52,201 bases of DNA, from IMG/VR virus record IMGVR_UViG_3300009124_000020; one strand, 5' to 3'. A program made the translations under genes and the position numbers. This document shows, piece after piece, positions 35,263 to 41,976 of this stretch. The number at the start of each line of letters is the position of its first letter. Position 1 is the stretch's first letter. The stretch comes from a virus. The notes beneath the pieces were generated by a model. That model was not told where the DNA came from, searched no databases, and worked only from the letters and a program-made list of their open reading frames with translations.

Positions 35263-35651
35263 GCACAAGAGCAGTTTATACTTTCATTAGTAAAAGTGAT
35301 TGGGGACTTCAAGAAGTTCACATTTACAAACATCATGATGGCTACCCAATAGGGGGCATAGACTTTATCGACATGGCAAGTAGAGGGGCTTCTTCTACTG
35401 ATGTTTCAAAGAGAGATTTATTGGTCGCAAACTTCATAATCGAAAATCGAAATGAAGGGCTAATAGAAATTACTTCTCATTGGAAACATCATGGAGATTT
35501 AGAATATCGTTATGAGATAGAAGAAGACTTAAATATCAGAATTTTTGAATTGAGTTTTGATAGTGGAGATTGGTCTCTCATCTATGAAGGTCACTTAGAT
35601 AAATTCAAAGACTCTACTCTCTTCAAGAGAATTGAAAGGGGGGTAGCATAA
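35259..35651 (+). CDS. Hypothetical protein
   Basis: 130 aa with an ATGA overlap to the upstream gene. It has a conserved-looking AVYTF...VHIYKHHDGYPIGG N-terminus that I cannot place in a family. Confidence 0.55.
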   Translation: MSTRAVYTFISKSDWGLQEVHIYKHHDGYPIGGIDFIDMASRGASSTDVSKRDLLVANFIIENRNEGLIEITSHWKHHGDLEYRYEIEEDLNIRIFELSFDSGDWSLIYEGHLDKFKDSTLFKRIERGVA

Positions 35652-36034
35652 TGCCTAATTGGTGTGAAAATACAGTCAGAGTTCATGGAGATGTTGAAGA
35701 GGTTAAGGAGTTCATTGACTTCGTTAAATCTAAAGAAAGTGACTTTGACTTTGAGAAGATATGTCCGTTTCCAAATGGGGAATGGGATTACGATTGGTGT
35801 ATCAATAATTGGGGCACAAAATGGAGTGTTAATCCAACAGAAATATTAACTGACCATGATGAAGAAGTAGCCGAATATTTTTTTGATACAGCTTGGAGTC
35901 CACCTGAAGGAATTTACAGCGAACTTGTAAAGAAATTCAAAATTGGAACTGAAGAAAGTAGCTTGAGCATTTCATGGTTTTATCATGAACCAAATATGGA
36001 ATTTTGTGGCTATCTTCAGAATGACTATGAATGA
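35651..36034 (+). CDS. YubB/Api92-like (DUF1281) protein
   Basis: The N-terminal MPNWCENTVRVHG and internal NNWGTKW motifs recall the DUF1281 ferredoxin-like family found in plasmid leading regions. Confidence 0.45.
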   Translation: MPNWCENTVRVHGDVEEVKEFIDFVKSKESDFDFEKICPFPNGEWDYDWCINNWGTKWSVNPTEILTDHDEEVAEYFFDTAWSPPEGIYSELVKKFKIGTEESSLSISWFYHEPNMEFCGYLQNDYE

Positions 36035-36084
36035 AACGCAATCAAACACATTCAGAAAACTTGAAATGGTTGGAAAGGAAAGAC

Positions 36085-36116
36085 CCCCATATCCCCCCAA
36101 AGGGTATGGGGTTTTT
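36085..36116 (+). terminator. Internal intrinsic terminator or attenuator
   Basis: CCCCATA...TATGGGG stem with an inner CCC/GGG extension, followed by T5. Confidence 0.45.
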
Positions 36117-36200
36117 CTACAAGGTGATAGGGTTCATTACTTTTTGGTCATGGGTCATATCGTATCTACAAAACTTATAATTCTTGAGGAGAATTGAGCA

Positions 36201-36602
36201 ATGAAACTTAAATATAAAGAAAGGAATAAGCACACGCATATTAGAAATAATATCTTTGACTTACCAACAGGCGAACTAGAGAAACCCCTTAGAAGTGGAA
36301 AAGAGGTTTTTGAGTTCATACTTAAACACGCCAATAAAGACAGATATGCCTTTAAAGGAAGAGGGAGAGGAAGTAGGAAAGTTCATGGAAGAGGGTATAT
36401 GAGAGATTTACCTTTAGAACATTCTGAAAAAATCGCCCTCTATGTAAATCAAAGAGAACGCATTACACAGAAAGAAATAGAAGAACGAGCAAGAAGTAAA
36501 TCTGCGTGGGAGATTTCTTGGAAACTTCGTGACCTAGAGAAATTGGTCAATGAGCATAATCTAAACTTTGAGAATGACATTGAGTTAGAGGTGGACGAAT
36601 GA
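36201..36602 (+). CDS. Hypothetical basic protein
   Basis: 133-aa ORF preceded by GAGGAG. Confidence 0.55.
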   Translation: MKLKYKERNKHTHIRNNIFDLPTGELEKPLRSGKEVFEFILKHANKDRYAFKGRGRGSRKVHGRGYMRDLPLEHSEKIALYVNQRERITQKEIEERARSKSAWEISWKLRDLEKLVNEHNLNFENDIELEVDE

Positions 36603-36781
36603 GTGTTAAGCTAAAAGAATACAGACTCGTCAGAGTATCTCGTAAGGTTGAAGAGTGTTATGTGAGGGCTACTGATTGGGAAGATGCCGAAAGGAAAGGG
36701 CATGAAGAAGAACAAGATTGGGAGCATTGCAATAGTAGAGATGAAATAGAGGTTGATTTAGATGGGAGTGAAGAAGAATGA
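36599..36781 (+). CDS. Hypothetical protein
   Basis: 60 aa with an ATGA overlap to the upstream gene. Confidence 0.45.
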   Translation: MSVKLKEYRLVRVSRKVEECYVRATDWEDAERKGHEEEQDWEHCNSRDEIEVDLDGSEEE

Positions 36782-36981
36782 GTATTCAAGATAGACTAGA
36801 TGAACTCGGTATATGTCGTGATACTGTAATCGTTGAAATAGAAGGTGGAGTGCTCAAAGAGGTTCACAATACCCCTAATGATTATGTTCTGTTTGATTGG
36901 GATAACATCAAAGAGGAAGGAGAAACCATCAACAAAGAAGGCGAACTGCTTTTGATGTTGGAAACATTACAGGAGTGCTAA
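36778..36981 (+). CDS. Hypothetical protein
   Basis: 67 aa with an ATGA overlap to the upstream gene. Confidence 0.45.
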   Translation: MSIQDRLDELGICRDTVIVEIEGGVLKEVHNTPNDYVLFDWDNIKEEGETINKEGELLLMLETLQEC

Positions 36982-37018
36982 TGAACTAAAAATGCAATCA
37001 TGCGTCAAATGAATAATT

Positions 37019-37042
37019 AACCCCCTTTATGGGGGTTTTTTA
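37019..37042 (+). terminator. Intrinsic terminator closing the accessory cluster
   Basis: CCCCC-TTTAT-GGGGG followed by T6. It is followed at 37053-37065 by GTGCGTCAGATAT, a third copy of the direct-repeat core. Confidence 0.7.
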
Positions 37043-37137
37043 TTGCTTACAGGTGCGTCAGATATAAAAAAACACTCTCTAGGGACACTCACACATCACA
37101 CAGGCTATATTTCTGTATATACACAGGTAAGAATTTT

Positions 37138-37209
37138 GATCTGATTAGATCTTCCAAAAAATCGGATCTCTAAAAAAATAAATAATTTAGGATCTAAAAT
37201 TTAAGATCT
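37138..37209. repeat. Cluster of five GATCT/AGATCT sites interspersed with A-tracts
   Basis: GATC occurs at 37138, 37148, 37166, 37191 and 37205. GGATCTAAAATTTAAGATCTTC resembles GGATCTTAAAAAAGATCTTC at 34712-34731. Confidence 0.8.
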
Positions 37210-37467
37210 TCTCAGCTCTATTTTTAGGCAGCATGGGGGCCATTAATTTTGTTCCAGGAGTTCACCCCCTAAAAAATTTAATCTCTTGCAGCTTACCCAT
37301 AGAAAGAAAATAAGACGATTAGAGCCACTATTTCAACAGAAGCCAACACAAGCCCCAATTTTAGAAAGAAAGCATTTAAATCGTCTATTTCTTGCCATGT
37401 ATTCTTTTTTATATCTCTCATACATATACAACGATTAAGGGGGCTATTTGTGACAAAAGACATACAC

Positions 37468-37494
37468 AAAAAAAACCCCTCTAAAGAGAGGGGC
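37468..37494 (-). terminator. Intrinsic terminator of the two-gene minus-strand island; same sequence as 30651-30678
   Basis: The plus strand reads AAAAAAAACCCCTCTAAAGAGAGGGGC. Confidence 0.7.
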
Positions 37495-37528
37495 TAAAAA
37501 CTAGGGGGTAAGTTTTTATTTTAGGGGA

Positions 37529-37762
37529 CTAGAAGAGAACGCCTAAACGCTTTAATTCTTGTCTAACTTCAACAGAAGACATTTCAAAAGAGTCACCATC
37601 AACATAGTCTATAAATGCTCTTACTTTATATTGTCTTTCTTTGTGCTCCATGTAGGAATTGCAAAGTTCATATAAACTTTCATATTCAAATTCAGAACCA
37701 CTTTCCCACGCACTCTCTAAGGTTAGACGATATGAGCCGATTTCTTTTAGGTTATCCATCAT
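37529..37762 (-). CDS. Hypothetical acidic protein
   Basis: 77-aa ORF, the second gene of the divergent island. Confidence 0.5.
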   Translation of the reverse strand: MMDNLKEIGSYRLTLESAWESGSEFEYESLYELCNSYMEHKERQYKVRAFIDYVDGDSFEMSSVEVRQELKRLGVLF

Positions 37763-37768
37763 AACCCC

Positions 37769-38077
37769 CTATTTAAAAAATGCGTGTTCTATCGCATCAT
37801 TAGAATTTAAATCATAAAGACGATAAACGCCCTCTTTGATTTTCTTCTCTGTTTCTCTCTTCTTCTCATTCAAGAATTGATTTCTATATTTCCCTGTAGT
37901 GGTTGAGTAGTCCCACGCATTCTCATCTAGGTATGTATTACCTTGATTATCTATATAACAAATAACTGTTTTATAAGACTGAAAGAAAATCCCATCACTT
38001 GTATTAATAACAAATTGATTGGGGACAGCGTGACCACTTGAAGAGGTCATATTTTCAACATGAGTTTTACTTTTCAT
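37769..38077 (-). CDS. Hypothetical protein
   Basis: 102-aa ORF preceded by AGGAG. It has a conserved-looking NQFVI...FQSY...WDYSTTTGKYRNQFL pattern that I cannot place in a family. Confidence 0.55.
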   Translation of the reverse strand: MKSKTHVENMTSSSGHAVPNQFVINTSDGIFFQSYKTVICYIDNQGNTYLDENAWDYSTTTGKYRNQFLNEKKRETEKKIKEGVYRLYDLNSNDAIEHAFFK

Positions 38078-38125
38078 AATTGCTCCTAAATAAAAAACTA
38101 ACGCTTAATTGCTTTAGTTAGTGTC

Positions 38126-38154
38126 ATAGTAAAGGGTTTTATTAATGCTGTCAA
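38126..38154 (-). promoter_or_regulatory. Promoter of the divergent island, overlapping a CTATGACACTAACTAA motif copy (38114-38129)
   Basis: On the minus strand: TTGACA (38154-38149), 17-nt spacer, TACTAT (38131-38126). Confidence 0.55.
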
Positions 38155-38622
38155 ATACTAGCGATAAATTACATATGGAAAAGATGCACACAGAGACCCC
38201 ACGCCCTCTCTGTTGTGTTCTGTAAATGGGGGATAGGGGGTAAATTCTCTTAAATTTAAAAGCCCCTTACTCTTTGGTTATGACCCCCAAATAATAAAAG
38301 CCTTTATTGTTGGGGCTTTGCTCTCATCAGTTGATTTTTTCTAGTTGATAATTGATTTTTTAGAGAGATATAAAAATTATTAGACCCTTTAAAATCAAGG
38401 GCTAGAAGCTAGAAAGCCTTATATATAGGGGGTGCGACTGACAGGGGGGTGGATACCGATATCGTATACAACTCCGACACAATTTTAGAAAAATGGGACT
38501 GTAAATAACTACGATCAGATGGGTATGGACTCAGGTTTGTAAACTCCATACTAGATATAGTGTTTTTTTGGGGTGGGGTTTACATATATTGTAAATTAAT
38601 GTAATAATAGGTGTCATAACTA

Positions 38623-38651
38623 TTGACTTACAAAGAAATAATTAGTACTTT
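38623..38651 (+). promoter_or_regulatory. Candidate promoter for the gene at 38703
   Basis: TTGACT (38623-38628), 17-nt spacer, TACTTT (38646-38651). Confidence 0.35.
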
Positions 38652-38702
38652 AGTAAGTGTTGTGGGGAAAACTACAATATATGCTCTTAACCAGGGTATT
38701 TA

Positions 38703-39083
38703 ATGTCTAACAATGACAACTTTATTATTAGCGATTCAGCAGATCTAACTGTCCCCATAGTTACCGAAATAGATTTAGAAATAAACTTCAATGGCGTACT
38801 AGACATTGTTGCTTATGTGTTTCCTAGAGCTGAAGATCAAGGTGCAGAATGTCGAGTAGAGTTTGAAGAGGTAATAGAAAAGTTAATTAACTATTATCAA
38901 ACTTCAGATGAACAAGACAATCTAACTCAGGTCTATTCTATAGCTCACGAACTAGCTCGTCAGGCAGATCGCCTAAGAGATATTGGACGAAGACTAGAGG
39001 AATCCCAAGAAGACTATCTACCACCTCTGTCACAAGAGGACGATGTAGATGGCAACATCAAAGATGAAGTGGAAGAAGACTGA
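38703..39083 (+). CDS. Strongly acidic small protein (DNA-mimic or anti-restriction candidate)
   Basis: 126 aa. By my count there are 33 Asp/Glu and 9 Lys/Arg. It is the first gene downstream of the long non-coding tract. Confidence 0.55.
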   Translation: MSNNDNFIISDSADLTVPIVTEIDLEINFNGVLDIVAYVFPRAEDQGAECRVEFEEVIEKLINYYQTSDEQDNLTQVYSIAHELARQADRLRDIGRRLEESQEDYLPPLSQEDDVDGNIKDEVEED

Positions 39084-39429
39084 ACTTGATCGTATAGATC
39101 TAGAGCAGCTACTTGAATACGCTATCAAGCAAAAACTAGCCAACACTCTTACGACAGTAAAAGCATGGTGTAAGAAAAACAAAATCCCCTATGACATAAC
39201 CATAGAGGATCTAAAACCTTTCCCATTAAGTTGTCCTGTATTTGATACGCCTATTGATTGGTTGAAAGAAGGACAAGGCCCTTCAAACGACTCTCCATCA
39301 ATAGATCGTATGAAACCTAAATTAGGATATGTTCCAGGGAATGTAAGAATAGTAAGTCAGAAAGCTAATCGACTTAAACAAAATGCTACGAAAGAAGAAT
39401 TACAAGCAATCGTAGAATACATGGATTAA
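39049..39429 (+). CDS. HNH-family endonuclease-like protein
   Basis: SPSIDRMKPKLGYVPGNVRIVSQKANRLK matches the SxDRIdxxxGYxxGNvxxxSxxANxxK pattern of a phage HNH subgroup. GAGGA lies 8 nt before the ATG. Confidence 0.45.
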   Translation: MATSKMKWKKTELDRIDLEQLLEYAIKQKLANTLTTVKAWCKKNKIPYDITIEDLKPFPLSCPVFDTPIDWLKEGQGPSNDSPSIDRMKPKLGYVPGNVRIVSQKANRLKQNATKEELQAIVEYMD

Positions 39430-39980
39430 TGATAGTAATAGATAATTTCCTACAACCTGAAGTCTTCATGTTACTTCAGAATGAAAAGTATTGGGAAAAA
39501 CCCCTTCCACTAAACTTCATAGCTAGAGAAAAAGATAACTTTGATAATGTCTATCTAAGTATAGTCAAACATGGTTGGTCAGCAGCTAGTAAGTTAGATC
39601 CTACAATAAAGAAATCTTATGAAGAAAGAAAAGGAATAGAGTTGTGGACTCACATTCTAGGCCCCAATGAAAAAGACAATGGTTTAGATTGGCATATAGA
39701 TAAAGATGAAAAGTTATATGAAGAGACAGGTAAAATAAAAACCCCCTTATATGGGAGTATCTTTTACTGTCATCAGGAGATTAATCTAATAGATGATATG
39801 GGAATGCTGGAGTTAGGAACTCCCCCAGAGATAGAAAGAATAAAACCTTTACCTAACAGGCTCGTAATCTTCAAAAGCAATACCCCTCATAGGGTAACTC
39901 CAGGAACACAAAGTAGTCCAAGGAGATCTATAATTTCAAACTTATGGGATTATGATTTAACGAAGGGAGAAGAGGTATAA
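39429..39980 (+). CDS. 2OG-Fe(II) oxygenase superfamily protein
   Basis: HxD (WHIDKD) plus a distal His (NTPHRV) in a double-stranded beta-helix-like context. Confidence 0.6.
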   Translation: MIVIDNFLQPEVFMLLQNEKYWEKPLPLNFIAREKDNFDNVYLSIVKHGWSAASKLDPTIKKSYEERKGIELWTHILGPNEKDNGLDWHIDKDEKLYEETGKIKTPLYGSIFYCHQEINLIDDMGMLELGTPPEIERIKPLPNRLVIFKSNTPHRVTPGTQSSPRRSIISNLWDYDLTKGEEV

Positions 39981-40067
39981 CCCTATATATATACCCCCCT
40001 GGACTGCAATCCATTTATATCATGGATTTATTAAGTCGTCAACAAATACTTTAATTAATTTCACTTG

Positions 40068-40097
40068 TTGACATAACTATGCCCCTAGTGGTATAAA
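40068..40097 (+). promoter_or_regulatory. Strong sigma70-like promoter at the head of the late block
   Basis: TTGACA (40068-40073), 18-nt spacer ending in TGG, TATAAA (40092-40097). The -35 is overlapped by the inverted repeat GTCAACAA (40038-40045) / TTGTTGAC (40065-40072). Confidence 0.55.
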
Positions 40098-40101
40098 TAG
40101 T

Positions 40102-40341
40102 ATGAGCAGAAACCCTCAGATCAATCTGCATTATATTCGTGCAGCAATCAAAGCCAACACAGGTGTTGATGTTGAATTTGGTGAGCTTAAGAAACTTCTC
40201 GTAGAAGAAAAACTTATTACTCAAGCCCAAGCGAATAGGCTGAAGATCTTAAAAAATTATAACGAGTACTACGAAGATTACACTTCTAGTCCTTCTATTT
40301 CTAAGGGTGGCTCTACTTCAGAGGGAGAATATGAAAGTTAA
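40102..40341 (+). CDS. Hypothetical protein (possibly leaderless)
   Basis: The ATG lies 5 nt after the -10 element, and there is no Shine-Dalgarno sequence. Confidence 0.4.
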   Translation: MSRNPQINLHYIRAAIKANTGVDVEFGELKKLLVEEKLITQAQANRLKILKNYNEYYEDYTSSPSISKGGSTSEGEYES

Positions 40342-40669
40342 AAAAGCTAATTGTGGTGCATCAGTAAAAGCTCATGGTTTTAATATGGGGGGTGGCTATC
40401 AAGGTATTACCAGCACTAGCCGACTAAACAAAGAACAAGATCGTGAACAAAAGATGCGTAAGCTAGGTCTTAGCACAGGTGCGATGGTTGAGCGTAGAGA
40501 AAAAGCAGACGCTAAACAATCAGCTATGGCAAAAGCAGAATCCATGAAAAAAGGTGCTGCTAAAGGTACTAAGGCAAAAGCTGTTCAATCAGAGAAGAAG
40601 AAAGACGAAATCAAAGCCTATGGTGGTAAACACATGAAAGGCAAAAAGAAAAAGTCTTATTCTTACTAA
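40331..40669 (+). CDS. Small lysine-rich basic protein
   Basis: The start is at MKVKKAN after GAGGGAG. The protein is Lys/Ala-rich. Confidence 0.5.
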   Translation: MKVKKANCGASVKAHGFNMGGGYQGITSTSRLNKEQDREQKMRKLGLSTGAMVERREKADAKQSAMAKAESMKKGAAKGTKAKAVQSEKKKDEIKAYGGKHMKGKKKKSYSY

Positions 40670-40677
40670 GATTATTT

Positions 40678-40863
40678 ATGCCAACCAAAAAGAAATCGAA
40701 AGTAAATCAAGCTGGTAATTACACCAAGCCTACTATGCGTAAGAACCTGTTTAATAAAATTAAGTCAGGATCAAAAGGGGGTAAAGCAGGTCAATGGTCT
40801 GCTAGAAAAGCTCAAATGTTGGCAAAACAATATAAAGCGAAAGGTGGGGGCTATAAATCGTAA
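40678..40863 (+). CDS. Small basic protein with a GQWSARKAQ motif
   Basis: KGGKAGQWSARKAQMLAKQYKAKGGGY is a motif I recall from small proteins of marine phages and large DNA viruses. Confidence 0.5.
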   Translation: MPTKKKSKVNQAGNYTKPTMRKNLFNKIKSGSKGGKAGQWSARKAQMLAKQYKAKGGGYKS

Positions 40864-41102
40864 TGGCCCTAGCTAAATCACAAAAGTCTCTAAAAAAATG
40901 GGGCAAACAAAAATGGCGTACCTCAGACGGAAAACCTAGCAAAGGTAAGAAGAGGTATTTGCCTGATGCTGCATGGAAGTCACTCACTAAAAGTGAAAAA
41001 GCAGCGACCAATAAAGCGAAAGCTAAAGGCAACAAGAAAGGAAAACAGTTCGTAAAACAACCTAAGAAGATTGCCAAGAAGACTGCTAGATACAGGAAAT
41101 AA
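40863..41102 (+). CDS. Small basic protein with an RYLP..AW..L..EK motif
   Basis: KKWGKQKWRTSDGKPS...KRYLPDAAWKSLTKSEK. The start overlaps the upstream stop as TAATG. Confidence 0.5.
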   Translation: MALAKSQKSLKKWGKQKWRTSDGKPSKGKKRYLPDAAWKSLTKSEKAATNKAKAKGNKKGKQFVKQPKKIAKKTARYRK

Positions 41103-41104
41103 TA

Positions 41105-41398
41105 ATGGCACATGAGAAGCGTAAAGCTGCAATGCTTAAAAAACATGGCTTGAAAGGAGTTAATAAACCAAAAAGAACTCCTGGTCATAAAACTAAGTCT
41201 CATGTTGTACTTGCCCAGAAAGGGCATGAATTAAAGCTAATCAGATTTGGACAACAGGGCGTAAAAGGTGCTGGTAAAAATCCAAAGACTGCAAAGGATA
41301 AAGCTAGGAAAAAATCATATTATGCTAGACATAATGCACAGGATTCTAAACCAGATAAGTTTTCTGCTCGATATTGGTCGCATAAAACAAAATGGTAA
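41105..41398 (+). CDS. Small basic protein (KPKRTPGH..KSHVV..IRFG..YYARH..YW motif)
   Basis: 97 aa, Lys-rich. It is the last of four consecutive basic ORFs. Confidence 0.5.
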   Translation: MAHEKRKAAMLKKHGLKGVNKPKRTPGHKTKSHVVLAQKGHELKLIRFGQQGVKGAGKNPKTAKDKARKKSYYARHNAQDSKPDKFSARYWSHKTKW

Positions 41399-41550
41399 AG
41401 ATATTATGAAAAAATTTAACGCAGTAAAAGTCTGCAAACAGTTACAACTTATTCCTAAAAACAAACACTATACAAGAATGCTAGAAGTTTCTTTGATCTG
41501 TATGGTGGTTTTGTTTTTATTAATAGCTATATTTTAAGAGTACAATAAGA

Positions 41551-41976
41551 ATGGCGGAGACCAAAAAAGTCCTTACGGAAAAACAAGAAGCGTTCTTGGA
41601 ATTTTTATGTGGGGAAGCCAAAGGCAATATTCGTTCTGCTATGAACTTAGCTGGGTATTCTGAGAATACAAAAGTTAGCGAAGTTGTTTCTTCATTGAAA
41701 GATGAGATCGTAGATAGATCTTCTTTGTTACTAGCAATGAATGCCCCTAAAGCAACTTTTAGTATGATTGATGTACTAGATGATCCTGGACAGATGGGAG
41801 CACGAAACGCAGTTTCGGCAGCCACACAAATACTTGATAGATCTGGCTTAGTTAAAAAAGAACAGATCCAAGTGACAGGAGATACAGGGGGTTTATTTAT
41901 ATTGCCACCGAAGAAGGATAATGACTCAGAAGAACAGCAAGTCGAAAGTAATCATTCAGGAGAAGTGGGAGAGTAA
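41551..41976 (+). CDS. terS: Terminase small subunit candidate
   Basis: The N-terminal helix-turn-helix pattern LTEKQEAFLEFLCGEAKGNIRSAMNLAGYS is typical of TerS. It lies directly upstream of TerL. Confidence 0.55.
   Translation: MAETKKVLTEKQEAFLEFLCGEAKGNIRSAMNLAGYSENTKVSEVVSSLKDEIVDRSSLLLAMNAPKATFSMIDVLDDPGQMGARNAVSAATQILDRSGLVKKEQIQVTGDTGGLFILPPKKDNDSEEQQVESNHSGEVGE

Noticed and set aside
35985-36197. 70-aa ORF, and an alternative 49-aa ORF (36031-36180, ATGA-coupled), in the gap after the DUF1281-like gene
   Set aside because: Both run through a GC hairpin plus T5 that looks like a terminator (36085-36116). The sequence does not let me choose between them. Either remains possible as a small membrane peptide but is unsupported.
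37293-37421. 42-aa minus-strand membrane ORF (MRDIKKNTWQEIDDLNAFFLKLGLVLASVEIVALIVLFSFYG)
   Set aside because: It has no Shine-Dalgarno sequence and lies downstream of the island terminator. It is too short to distinguish from chance.
40802-41227. 141-aa minus-strand ORF
   Set aside because: It is antisense to three plus-strand basic-protein genes that have ribosome-binding sites or coupled starts. Its Phe/Leu-rich translation is the mirror of Lys/Ala-rich coding sequence.
41268-41537. 89-aa plus-strand ORF, of which only the 43-aa tail from ATG 41406 is non-overlapping
   Set aside because: The first half overlaps the 41105-41398 gene out of frame. The tail could be a small membrane peptide, but it has only a weak ribosome-binding site.
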